DNA from: a virus
Taxonomy: Duplodnaviria; Caudoviricetes
DNA length: 56,854 nt
Virus record (IMG/VR): IMGVR_UViG_3300032290_001158
Location: 1 to 56,854 of that record
Direction: 5' to 3' (one strand)
Below, one piece after another: positions 8,291 through 18,239 of the stretch. The notes under the pieces are model-generated. The model worked only from the letters and a program-made list of their open reading frames with translations, made no database searches and was not told the origin of the DNA. Within the stretch, counting starts at the first letter, position 1. The number at the start of each line of letters is the position of its first letter. The translations under genes were made by a program, and so were the position numbers.

Positions 8291-10942
8291 ATGGCAACGA
8301 ATGAAATTACACCAGCGGAGTACCGCTATTTCCTTGTTGACCTCTTAACAAATCAGACTATTGCTGAAATTCCTTTTGTAGATGTATCATATGAAAGAGC
8401 ATTAAGCAAGGCTGGAAGTTTTTCTGGCTCGATTCCTGTCATTGATGCAACCGTTGCTTTAGACCTATACGAGAATACTATGCCAGGAAAGACCTGTGTA
8501 TTTGTTCTACGAAACTCCGTCTGCGTATGGGGTGGAATTATATGGTCACGCCAGTATTCTCCTTCTGCAAAAAAACTTACTATTGATGCCTCCGAGTTCC
8601 TGAGTTATCTGTATCATCGTGTTCTTTGGCAGACTTTGTACTATGGTACAGAAAATGTATTTTGTTCAAAATATAAATCAGCATCTGGAACCGCGACAGT
8701 CTTTACAGATGTAGAGCATGGGTTTGTTGCTGGAGATATTGTAAGAATAAAAAATCTTAACTCAGCACTTAATGGTGACCGAACAGTATTAACAACCCCG
8801 TCTTTAGCAAGTTTTACTTTTGCTAGTTCAGCAACTTTAATAGAAAGCCCATCTAATACTGGAGTTGCTCGTAGCGTTCTAGATTCATATGAAACCACCC
8901 GTCAACTTATTGGGTGGATGCTTGAGGATTTTTCTGGCCAAGGATTTGTCAACGACGATATTAGACCAGCAAGTGAAATTGAATACTCGATTATTCGTAA
9001 AGCATCAACCCCCGTTGCTGGGAGTTCTCCAGCAGAGTCTTTGGCTACTTTAACTACTTCAGGAGTTCACGACCTTATTGAGGGACAAGAAGTAGAGATA
9101 ACAGATGTTGATGCTGCCATTAATGGGTTTAGAGTGATTCAATCGCTACCTACCTCAGACAGTTTTACAGTGTTAATAGATGATTCTTATACTATTGCTT
9201 CTACCGCTGTTACTGGTATCTCCACATTTAATGTTATTTCTCGTTCCATAGATACAACTTCTTTAGATATAACAAATAAATCTGTTTCTAATAATATTGC
9301 AACTCTCACAACTTCTACAGCACATGGGTTGGCTATTGGTGATTATGTAAGTATTGCTACTGTTTCTAATAGCGTTACATACACAGCGACTACTACTGGA
9401 AACAGTACTACACCAGTTGTAACAGTATCTAGTGCTACAAACCTAAAGCCTGGAATGCTTGTTACTGGAACAAATATTTCTCCAGGAACCTCTATACGTT
9501 CTATTTCTGGAACATCTGTGACTTTGGATAAGGTCCCGTCAGGAAACGTATCAGGTTCTATTTCTTATACGCAAGACTCAACTTTGAATGGTACATATCA
9601 AGTAAGCGCCGTCCCGACTAGTACTTCTTTTAGATATATTGTTGATACAGGAGATGTTGCTAGTACTGCAATTACTGGTGGTAAAGCAACATATAAGAGC
9701 GCAGTTCTTGCTACATCTGCAGCACATGGGCTTACACAAGGTAGAAGTATTATTGTTAGTGATATTGGTATTGACTATGACGGGACTCAGGTAGTTGCAA
9801 GCGTTCCAGGGTCAACTATTATCAAATACAACGTATTTGCTACTCTCAATCAGGCTACAGAGGCTACCTACGGGGCAACTATTAAGTACGGTGGGCGTGC
9901 AGTTGCAGCATCATACGGCTCTTTTGCAGCCAACTCTGACTTTGTTATTGAGGTTGACCAGTCAACTACAACTGATGTTATTGGCTCTGACCAACAAGTA
10001 TTTAGAGGCTCTGACCTAAGAATGTTTGGAGAAGTTCTTGAAGAGTTCTCTAAAGACCTAAACGGTTTCGAGTATCGAATTGATTGTGATTTTCAAAATG
10101 GTCAGTTCCTTAAGACATTTACATTTGTTCCTTTTGTAGACCCACCTGTAAAAGTAAATGTTGTCAATAAACAACTAACATCAAATATTGCAACCCTCAC
10201 TACAGAGATTGGCCATGGACTGGTCATTGGTCAAGAGATAGTTGTTGACGATGTGGGAGTTTCTTTTGATGGAACTGTAGAAGTTGTTTCTACTCCAACT
10301 TCAACAACTTTTACATACTATACCTATGGATATAACAATGTCCCATCTACTGCGTGTGCTGGATATATTGGTCTTGTTCACCCCGTAAGTTATCTTGGTG
10401 CAGACGTTAACGTCTTTGAATATCCTGGAAACATATTAGATTTCTCTCTTAGTGAGAGTGCAGAAAATGCTGCAACTCGTATGTGGGTTGGTGGAAATGC
10501 TGATGGAGTAGATGGCTCTGCAAGTCAGCCATATGCAGCAGCATCTGCAACGGACTTACTCGGTCAGGGGTGGCCTCTACTAGAGCAAGTAGAAGAAAAG
10601 AATGATGTCAATACAACTGCAGCAGGTGAAGCAGCGCTTTATAACTATGCCAAAGACTACTTAGACGAGTCACGCCCTCCAGAGGGTTCTTTTACTATCT
10701 CTGTTAATGGCTCCTTTGACCCTCAAGTAGGTGATTATCTTCCTGGAGATTGGTGCACAATCATTATTGATGATGACTTTGTTCGTGCACGTCTTGCTAG
10801 CGATTTAGAGCCTCGTAGTGATGTTATTGTGAGAAAAATTGCTGGCATAAAAGTTTCTGTGCCAGATTCTCAGGCTTTCCCTGAAAAAGTTGATTTAGAA
10901 TTAGTTCCTGAATGGAGAGAGGATAGGAAGAATGCCAAGTAG
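8291..10942 (+). CDS. Minor tail protein (Tal/hub, ReqiPepy6 Gp37-like) with several inserted beta modules
   Basis: 'YRYFLVDLLT..TIAEIP', 'VWGGIIWSR' and 'GWPLLE' motifs; five 'T..xHG/HDL' modules inserted. Confidence 0.75.
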   Translation: MATNEITPAEYRYFLVDLLTNQTIAEIPFVDVSYERALSKAGSFSGSIPVIDATVALDLYENTMPGKTCVFVLRNSVCVWGGIIWSRQYSPSAKKLTIDASEFLSYLYHRVLWQTLYYGTENVFCSKYKSASGTATVFTDVEHGFVAGDIVRIKNLNSALNGDRTVLTTPSLASFTFASSATLIESPSNTGVARSVLDSYETTRQLIGWMLEDFSGQGFVNDDIRPASEIEYSIIRKASTPVAGSSPAESLATLTTSGVHDLIEGQEVEITDVDAAINGFRVIQSLPTSDSFTVLIDDSYTIASTAVTGISTFNVISRSIDTTSLDITNKSVSNNIATLTTSTAHGLAIGDYVSIATVSNSVTYTATTTGNSTTPVVTVSSATNLKPGMLVTGTNISPGTSIRSISGTSVTLDKVPSGNVSGSISYTQDSTLNGTYQVSAVPTSTSFRYIVDTGDVASTAITGGKATYKSAVLATSAAHGLTQGRSIIVSDIGIDYDGTQVVASVPGSTIIKYNVFATLNQATEATYGATIKYGGRAVAASYGSFAANSDFVIEVDQSTTTDVIGSDQQVFRGSDLRMFGEVLEEFSKDLNGFEYRIDCDFQNGQFLKTFTFVPFVDPPVKVNVVNKQLTSNIATLTTEIGHGLVIGQEIVVDDVGVSFDGTVEVVSTPTSTTFTYYTYGYNNVPSTACAGYIGLVHPVSYLGADVNVFEYPGNILDFSLSESAENAATRMWVGGNADGVDGSASQPYAAASATDLLGQGWPLLEQVEEKNDVNTTAAGEAALYNYAKDYLDESRPPEGSFTISVNGSFDPQVGDYLPGDWCTIIIDDDFVRARLASDLEPRSDVIVRKIAGIKVSVPDSQAFPEKVDLELVPEWREDRKNAK

Positions 10943-12113
10943 ACGCCGCTCGCGTAATAAAAATATCGGCAATAACCTTGCTGAGGTCTCTCGCCGTCTT
11001 CGTACCCTTGAGAGACGCCCTGTAAGAACTAAACTTGGTAATAGAATTGTCAAGACATCATCTATTGCTCCAAACACTATTACAGCAGACGAAGTTAACT
11101 TTGGTACAGCGGTAATTACTTCAGACCCTGCTCCGTATATTGAAAACCCCAAAGATGGTCTCTTTGTTATTAGTTCTACAACTGGAGCAGCATCCGTTTA
11201 TTCAGAAGAGGATGATGACTTCTATCTTCTTGCAGATACAACTGCACAGGCAGATGCTGCTCAGGCGGCAGCAGATGCAGCAGATGCAAAAGATGCAGCA
11301 GATGCAGCAGAAGTTTCTGCAAATGGAAAAAATGCTGTATTTAGAGGGCCAGGACCTTTTACCGCAACAAAAGTAGGAGATATTTGGTTTAACACAACCT
11401 CAGGTAATGGTCAAGCAGGTGATAGACCCCAGAGATGGAATGGCACTGCTTGGGAGTATTTTGGTCTTAACTATGCTGCTATTTCTAGCATTGATGCAGA
11501 TAGAATTGTAACTGGAACTTTAACTGGTAGAACTATACAGACAGCATCGTCTGGTAAAAGAATTGAAATGTCAAACATTAACCAACTTATTTTTAGAGGT
11601 CCTGGCGCTAATGCACAAGAGCAAATTGTTGGGAAGATTGCTCCAAATCTTTATTCTACTAACGGAGGAATAGATATTACTGGAGGAGACTCTAGTAGTA
11701 ACTCCCCCACTATCTCATTGGCAGGACAGTATTCTGGAGATTCTTCTATAACTCTTTTAACTCCAAGTAATCTTGGAATATACATATATGAAAATTCAGC
11801 AACAAGTGATACTGGAGCAGGGGGGCTAATTATTAATTCTGGAGGGTCAACTGATGATTCTTCTGGGCTACTAATGACCACTGGTGGGGGTGGTTTTAGT
11901 TTTATAGATTGGAGTGGAAGTGCATACGGTACAACAATAGATGCATACCAAGACTCTCTATTACTTATATCGGGGACAATAACTCTTGCTGCTACTACTA
12001 TTTCATTGGCTGGAGAAATTGTTTTAGGTCCTGCAAGTTATGAGCAGGGAAGCGGTGCGCCTACCTTCGTGCCTGACAGTGGACAAGGTACTATATTCTT
12101 TAGATATACATAG
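10932..12113 (+). CDS. Minor tail / tail tip protein
   Basis: N-terminal 'RRLRTLERRP', 'GDIWFNT..RW.GTAW', 'IDADRIVTGTL' and a beta-rich C-terminus. Confidence 0.65.
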   Translation: MPSRRRSRNKNIGNNLAEVSRRLRTLERRPVRTKLGNRIVKTSSIAPNTITADEVNFGTAVITSDPAPYIENPKDGLFVISSTTGAASVYSEEDDDFYLLADTTAQADAAQAAADAADAKDAADAAEVSANGKNAVFRGPGPFTATKVGDIWFNTTSGNGQAGDRPQRWNGTAWEYFGLNYAAISSIDADRIVTGTLTGRTIQTASSGKRIEMSNINQLIFRGPGANAQEQIVGKIAPNLYSTNGGIDITGGDSSSNSPTISLAGQYSGDSSITLLTPSNLGIYIYENSATSDTGAGGLIINSGGSTDDSSGLLMTTGGGGFSFIDWSGSAYGTTIDAYQDSLLLISGTITLAATTISLAGEIVLGPASYEQGSGAPTFVPDSGQGTIFFRYT

Positions 12114-12137
12114 AATAGGAAATTAAAAAGACACAAG

Positions 12138-15100
12138 ATGGCAACTCACCTCTATAACGGTACTTGGAAAACAGTAAATGGAATATACGTTTACGCACTT
12201 CCATCTGGAGCAAACAATCCATCATGGAGGACTGTTAATAGCGGCTGGGTTTATAACGGTAGCGTTTGGAAACAAGTACATACTACTGGAACATTTATTC
12301 CTGAAATTAGAAATGCAAGTGGCGTTGCAATTTCATATTGGAACGTCGGGGTTACTTTCAATGGCTACAGAGGCTATACAAATAGTGCTACGGCAACATA
12401 TCAGTGGCAATACTCTAACGATGGTGGAGTTACTTGGACTGCCCAGACGGGGACAGGAAACTCTGGAACATACGCTGCTGCAACACTAACAACTTCATAT
12501 ACAACTGACACTTCAGACGTAAATGCTATAGAAAATTTATTCTCACAAACACCTCAACTATATTTTTATATGAGATTGCGTGTAGTAAAAGCAGGAGAGA
12601 CTCAGTACAGTCAGAATGTTCGAGTAGGTAAGAGATTCCCCCTTGACGCTAGCAGCACACTAAGCCTTCTTAGAACCTCTTCTGGTCTTACATATACCTT
12701 AACTGGTGCAGCAAATGAAAGAAATCCCTACCCTACTGACCAACTTTATTGGACACCTAACTTTACTGCAACTACAAATATAACAAATGATACTCGTCCA
12801 GATTATTATGTTTTTACTTTTACAAGTAACTCTGGAGTAAGTGAGCGCGATTCAAGAATTTTAGATGTAGCAAACCCGCGTAACCCACTTAATGCTAGAA
12901 GATACACAGTTCAGTCTGGAGACCTCGGCGGGCCAATTATCTGTGAAATGAAAACATGGAATAGTAATCAGAGCGCACCAAAAGTTAATACAATTACAAC
13001 TAGACCAGTATCAACAAGTGCTCTTGTTGCTCCTGTCAATATAGTTTCTAGTTATGCAAGCGGAGCAATAGTCGGTACTTGGGATGCAGCAAGTGGTGGA
13101 AATGATGCAACTATTAATTATGTTGCTTATCTATATCAAAATGGTTCTTTAATATATACATCACCGTCTTCAACTTTGACTACTTTTTCATATACAGTAT
13201 CCAATGGTGGTGATTTTAGGTTCTATGTTGTAGCAAGTCAGGCTGGAAATGCAAGTGTTACATCAGAATACTCAAATACAACAAGTGTGGTTGCTCCTAC
13301 TCCTTTCTCTGCATCAATTGCAGATGTAACGGCTCAATATCCTCCTGGAGATTTTTCAATTGCCGCTCCAGTTCTTAGCGGAAGTGTTCTTAACCGCTGG
13401 GATTGGACATGGACAGCAAGTAGCGGGGCTACTGTTTACGACTCAGTGCTAACTAGGCCAACTGGAACTACTGCTGGTCCAACTACTGTCTCTGTAACTA
13501 CAGATTACTGGGGTGTACAAAGTAGTGGTATTCATAGAGAAACAGTCACTGCAATAAATAAAACAACTAACTATGCAAGAATTTCTTGGACAAAACCTTT
13601 TGGAACCTCTGCAGTAAGTTACAGAGTTACTGGTGTAAAGTATGTTGGAAGTAGCGGAACACCAATTTTAGAAAATGTTGGCGATGTTACATATGTTGAT
13701 ATACCTTTTCCATATAGCAGTGACCCATCATATTCCACTGGAAATAATGCTGTTTTATATGGAGTAACAGCCTATAGCGGCCCAAATCAAACAGGTGTTT
13801 CAAGGCTTGCTACTTCTCCAGCATTTCCTAATAACTACTCTCAAGGAAATAATACATCTAGTAAGACAGTATTTAGGGAAGACTATTTAACTCTAGAAAA
13901 TCCTCAGACTGGTTTTCTCTATATTACTGGAACCTTTGAGCCTGGGAATACTGTAAGTATGACGGGAACAAGACCAAGTGATGGAAATACTAACTGGAGC
14001 CCTGGATTTAATGAGGCAGGGTGGAGCCATGTATATCAGTGGAATAGGTCTGGAACTGTTAGTTTTCAAGCAATATCAGGAGCCACTACACAGAACCTAG
14101 CCATACCTAATTCCAGTGCATATATTGGGGATGTAATTTCTGCCAATGTTACATCAACATATAAAGGACAATCGTTTTCTACAAGATATGACTCGACACC
14201 AGATGACAGCAGTAGAGTAGTTCCAGGACCTCCTACATATAATTTATCAGATAATGGAAACAGAACATTTTCTATTAGCAGTGTTGCTTCTGTTGGAGCA
14301 ACATCTTATTATGGAACTTATAGCGGTAGTGGTTCTGGCACTATAGGGGAGACATTAATAGGGTCAACTTTTGCTAGTCCTTCTGTAACTGCTGGAATTA
14401 TAAATACAACTGTCTATGCTAGAAGGTATGTAAATTATGTGTACCCAACTACTGTATCTGGTGTTCAGATAAACTCAAATCGTTCTACTTCTAATAGTCT
14501 TTCTGTAGCAGTCTCCCCACAAGACACAGGTTCTAGAAGATATTTGAATAACGTTTATATTATTAATCCTGGAACATTTTTCTATATATCTACAAATGGA
14601 TATCTTGGCCTTCAGTCAACAACTTCTGGAGGCAGCATTACTGTTCCAACAGATGGTTCTTGGTTGAATATGGCTCAGGCAGATTATAGACAAGAGTCTT
14701 TATATACACTGGCAACTGATACTGCATGGTGGGTAAGGTGGAGAGGTACTAGGTTAAATAATCCATCTCTAGCCCTTGAGTATCAAGTTTATTATCAATA
14801 TAACACTGGTGTTTGTTATGTTAACTTTATTGAAAATACTGTAGCAGACTACTTACCAAATCTTGCCTGGAGGTCTTTTAATACGACTCAGTCTACATGG
14901 ACTGGAAACTCATCGGTAGATTCTGGAGCAAATACTCAACTTATATCTACAGCATCAATGGTAAGAAATACTAGTAATGATACTGTAGATGATGGTGTGA
15001 CTCTTATTCAAGTAATTGCTCCAGCAATTCCTATGACATCGAACCCGACAGTTACTAGGAAGGGTGGTGGCTTTGAATTTAATATCACTAATGCATCTTC

Positions 15101-16397
15101 TGGAACTTTTGAGTCTGCCGCTACATATGGAAGTTTAGTTTTTAGTGGAACTGCTACAGCATCAATTAATGCTACTACAGGATTAGTAACTGTTACTGGT
15201 ATGGCAAGTAGTTCTTTTGCATCTGTTCGTATCTCAAAAGCAAGAAGCGGTTATGGTTCAACAATTATTGAAGTTACTGGACAGGCTCTTGCTGGTCTTC
15301 CTGCTTCTCAACTAACAAAACCAACTCTGGCTGGTTCTTCTGGAAGTTATTCCACTACAAAAGCAGATGTAAATGCAGTAATTGCTGCAGGTACTGGTAC
15401 ATATGACAATCAATCAAGTAAAACCACATACATAATTACTGCTTTGTCTAACACTGGATTTAATCAAGCGCTATCTAACTATGGAAGCCTAGGCTCTTCT
15501 TTGACAATCGGTGGCTCTGCAGCATCATCATCAGCAAACTTATACAGAACGATAGATAGAGTTGTTGGTACGGATGCATCTATAAGTTATTTTCTCTCGG
15601 ATGACCAAATTCAAGCAGCGTATGGAGTGCCAACTATTACTGCCGCAACATCTGCGTCAGACCGTATAACACTAACTTTTACAGCATTCGCTGGGGCTTC
15701 TTCCGTATATGCATACAAAAATGGAGTTCTACAAACTACTGCTGCAGTATCTCCATATGCTTTTACTGGACTATCGGCAAGCACTTCATATTCTTTAACA
15801 CTTAAAAGTGCTAATGCTGATGGCGTAACCTCTGCTGGTAATGCTGGTGGCTCTTACTCAACTAGCGCTGCTATTGTTGTTGGTGCTCCAACAATTAATA
15901 GTAGTAGTTCAACAACATCAACTATTACATTAAACTTTACAAAGGGGGCAAATGCGCCTAGCACTAGAGCATATTTGAATGGAAGTTTTGATGGCTCGAC
16001 TACTGGAACAAGTTATACATTTGCTGGTTTGAATGCAGGAAGTAACTACTCTTTAAGACTCTATGGATATGACGCAACATATGGAGAAAGTACTGGTTCT
16101 GCTGGAGGAACTTATTCAACTGGTGCTGCGGCGCAAGTCTGCGTCTATACCGACCAGGGTTCTTATTATTTTTCTCCAAGTTGCTACACCATACCACCTG
16201 CAACATACACAGGGACTGGAAGTTATACTGTGAGCGGTGCTTGCTGCCCTAACGTATATAAAACTTCAAAATTTAACTGTAAACAGTATGATGTAGATAA
16301 CTCTGCAAGCGCTAACTACTACCAATGTTATACACTTAACCAATGTGCTGCCAACTATAACTCAGATGGCTCAAGAACTACTTGCTATGTTCCATAA
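12138..16397 (+). CDS. Large tail fibre / adhesin with Ig/FN3-like repeats and a Cys-rich C-terminus
   Basis: 1419 aa, Ser/Thr/Gly-rich; 'YQWQYS.DGG', 'YTFAGL..GSNYSL.L' FN3-like repeats; 8 Cys in the last ~85 aa. Confidence 0.7.
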   Translation: MATHLYNGTWKTVNGIYVYALPSGANNPSWRTVNSGWVYNGSVWKQVHTTGTFIPEIRNASGVAISYWNVGVTFNGYRGYTNSATATYQWQYSNDGGVTWTAQTGTGNSGTYAAATLTTSYTTDTSDVNAIENLFSQTPQLYFYMRLRVVKAGETQYSQNVRVGKRFPLDASSTLSLLRTSSGLTYTLTGAANERNPYPTDQLYWTPNFTATTNITNDTRPDYYVFTFTSNSGVSERDSRILDVANPRNPLNARRYTVQSGDLGGPIICEMKTWNSNQSAPKVNTITTRPVSTSALVAPVNIVSSYASGAIVGTWDAASGGNDATINYVAYLYQNGSLIYTSPSSTLTTFSYTVSNGGDFRFYVVASQAGNASVTSEYSNTTSVVAPTPFSASIADVTAQYPPGDFSIAAPVLSGSVLNRWDWTWTASSGATVYDSVLTRPTGTTAGPTTVSVTTDYWGVQSSGIHRETVTAINKTTNYARISWTKPFGTSAVSYRVTGVKYVGSSGTPILENVGDVTYVDIPFPYSSDPSYSTGNNAVLYGVTAYSGPNQTGVSRLATSPAFPNNYSQGNNTSSKTVFREDYLTLENPQTGFLYITGTFEPGNTVSMTGTRPSDGNTNWSPGFNEAGWSHVYQWNRSGTVSFQAISGATTQNLAIPNSSAYIGDVISANVTSTYKGQSFSTRYDSTPDDSSRVVPGPPTYNLSDNGNRTFSISSVASVGATSYYGTYSGSGSGTIGETLIGSTFASPSVTAGIINTTVYARRYVNYVYPTTVSGVQINSNRSTSNSLSVAVSPQDTGSRRYLNNVYIINPGTFFYISTNGYLGLQSTTSGGSITVPTDGSWLNMAQADYRQESLYTLATDTAWWVRWRGTRLNNPSLALEYQVYYQYNTGVCYVNFIENTVADYLPNLAWRSFNTTQSTWTGNSSVDSGANTQLISTASMVRNTSNDTVDDGVTLIQVIAPAIPMTSNPTVTRKGGGFEFNITNASSGTFESAATYGSLVFSGTATASINATTGLVTVTGMASSSFASVRISKARSGYGSTIIEVTGQALAGLPASQLTKPTLAGSSGSYSTTKADVNAVIAAGTGTYDNQSSKTTYIITALSNTGFNQALSNYGSLGSSLTIGGSAASSSANLYRTIDRVVGTDASISYFLSDDQIQAAYGVPTITAATSASDRITLTFTAFAGASSVYAYKNGVLQTTAAVSPYAFTGLSASTSYSLTLKSANADGVTSAGNAGGSYSTSAAIVVGAPTINSSSSTTSTITLNFTKGANAPSTRAYLNGSFDGSTTGTSYTFAGLNAGSNYSLRLYGYDATYGESTGSAGGTYSTGAAAQVCVYTDQGSYYFSPSCYTIPPATYTGTGSYTVSGACCPNVYKTSKFNCKQYDVDNSASANYYQCYTLNQCAANYNSDGSRTTCYVP

Positions 16398-16412
16398 AGA
16401 CGAAAGGATAGT

Positions 16413-16808
16413 ATGATACTTTTTAATGAAGTCAACTGGTCTGCTCCTGGTGTAAAACTAGATAGGCTTAAAAGAAATGAAAAAGCAACCCAACTAGGAC
16501 TACTTATTGATAATGAAGTTGTTCATATGATTGGTGTTGATGTTTGGTTTGCTGATGTACTGATAAATGCTATTAGTTTTGAAGATATGGTTGAACAGCC
16601 ATTTATAGATATTGGTGATTTTTTAGTAAAAATAGTTAAAAGTGATAATACAAAAGAGTTATTTGTGTGCAATGAAATTCTTTATTCAATTTTACTTTCT
16701 AGCCCTAAAATAATTCCAATTACAAATAATAATAAATATGTTCAACTTGTTGATATTGGTTGGAAATATATAGATAATGAATTTATTTTGGAAGGTGTAT
16801 ACGAATGA
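16413..16808 (+). CDS. Hypothetical protein (possible fibre assembly partner)
   Basis: AAAGGA RBS; C-terminal 'IGWKY.DNEF' as in fibre-chaperone-like proteins. Confidence 0.5.
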   Translation: MILFNEVNWSAPGVKLDRLKRNEKATQLGLLIDNEVVHMIGVDVWFADVLINAISFEDMVEQPFIDIGDFLVKIVKSDNTKELFVCNEILYSILLSSPKIIPITNNNKYVQLVDIGWKYIDNEFILEGVYE

Positions 16809-17041
16809 CAGAGAAATCAAAATGGGAGCAATATAAAGAAAAATTAGGGGAAACGCGCCCCTGGGACATTCTCAATCCCAACACGCAGTATGCCAACTCT
16901 GAAGTTGCTGAAGGTAGATTAAAAATATGCTCTATGTGTCCTAAGTTAGTAAAAACAACAAAACAATGCACAGAGTGTGGTTGTTTTATGGTAATAAAAA
17001 CAAAGATGGCTCTTGCTTCTTGCCCAATGGGTAAGTGGTAG
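16805..17041 (+). CDS. Small Cys-rich protein (DUF6171-like)
   Basis: 'RL.IC..CP......C..CGCF...K.....CP.GKW'. Confidence 0.65.
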   Translation: MTEKSKWEQYKEKLGETRPWDILNPNTQYANSEVAEGRLKICSMCPKLVKTTKQCTECGCFMVIKTKMALASCPMGKW

Positions 17042-17076
17042 TTGATATATAATATAAACCTAAAAGAAGGACGCAG

Positions 17077-17292
17077 ATGCTACTAACAAATGAAGAAAAG
17101 TTGTCAATACTTCAGCAGCACATGAAGAAGGTCGAGTACGAGAAATATGGTCTTGAACTTGATAAATTAGAAGCAGAGGCGGCCTCTGCGGATTCTGCCC
17201 TTCTTCAATTAATAACTGATAGACTTTCACTACTGGAGAGCCAAAGATTGGTTCTTCTTAGTGAAGAAACGAAACTAACAACACAAGGATAA
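17077..17292 (+). CDS. Small coiled-coil hypothetical protein
   Basis: AAGGA RBS and TATAAT upstream at 17048; paralogous to the next ORF. Confidence 0.6.
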   Translation: MLLTNEEKLSILQQHMKKVEYEKYGLELDKLEAEAASADSALLQLITDRLSLLESQRLVLLSEETKLTTQG

Positions 17293-17301
17293 GGAAAACT
17301 A

Positions 17302-17517
17302 ATGTCAGAGACATCATACGAATACCTAGATGACCGCGATAAAAACAACATCATCATCAACCATATTCGCAATCTTGAATACAATATGTACAACCTAGAA
17401 GTTTCTCTTGCTCTTGCTGGCTCAGATGCTGAGTCTTCTACTGCACTTAATGCTGAGATAGAAGAGAACAAGACAAAGATTGCAACTCTTAAGACAAAAC
17501 TAATCGCTGTTTCGTAA
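17302..17517 (+). CDS. Small coiled-coil hypothetical protein
   Basis: AAGGA RBS; shares 'K..I...H....EY..Y.LE' with the previous ORF. Confidence 0.6.
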   Translation: MSETSYEYLDDRDKNNIIINHIRNLEYNMYNLEVSLALAGSDAESSTALNAEIEENKTKIATLKTKLIAVS

Positions 17518-17523
17518 TAAATT

Positions 17524-17742
17524 ATGTCTAAAGAGAACGAGGCTAAAGATTTAATAATTACTGCCTTAAGACAACGTATTGGAGAGATTGTCTCCTCATA
17601 CGAGTCTCAGGTAGCACTTCTTAGGGCTGAGTTCACCATGCTACAAAATGATTTTGAACATATAACAAAAGTTCTAAAGGAAGCAGAAGATGAAAAAAAT
17701 GCTTCTAAAAAATTCATTCCTCCAGAAGTGGTGACAACCTAA
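17524..17742 (+). CDS. Small coiled-coil hypothetical protein
   Basis: 'LIITALRQRIGEIVSSYE.QVA.LRAE'; tightly packed with its neighbours. Confidence 0.6.
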   Translation: MSKENEAKDLIITALRQRIGEIVSSYESQVALLRAEFTMLQNDFEHITKVLKEAEDEKNASKKFIPPEVVTT

Positions 17743-18213
17743 ATGTTTGAAGTAAAAGATGGTTCACGCACGCTTCAATTCAACGGGCGTCTCTTGGCCG
17801 AATCTTCATCTTGGCGTAGAGGCTCAACCCGTTGGATTGAGTTTGCTCTCTATCGAACAGAGAATGGTTCCTACATTCTTTCTCGCATTGGGGTTTCTTT
17901 AATATTTCATGGTGCTGCTTGTCCATTAGTAAAGCGCTATGGTCTTACTGAAGGTGACTCTAAAGAACTAGAAAAAGATGCTTTGCCTTGCGAAGAATGT
18001 AACCCAGTTCGCTCTTTACCGATAGTATTTCCAGAAAAGTATCGCTACTGGGCGCAGGTAAGTGAAGACCCTAGACCAGTATTAGATGCTCTTTACAAAT
18101 ACGACCAAGGTGGGGCAAGATACCTTACTAACGTTGCACAAAGATTATTAGAAGATGCTTGTGATAATGACGAAAGGTTAGACTCTATTTATCGAATAGA
18201 GATGATTCCATAA
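17743..18213 (+). CDS. Hypothetical protein with possible Zn site
   Basis: 'RWIEFALYRT..GSY'; H-x3-C and C-x2-C; directly upstream of polA. Confidence 0.6.
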   Translation: MFEVKDGSRTLQFNGRLLAESSSWRRGSTRWIEFALYRTENGSYILSRIGVSLIFHGAACPLVKRYGLTEGDSKELEKDALPCEECNPVRSLPIVFPEKYRYWAQVSEDPRPVLDALYKYDQGGARYLTNVAQRLLEDACDNDERLDSIYRIEMIP

Positions 18214-18239
18214 ATATTATTTAGTAGATAGAGGGACAA

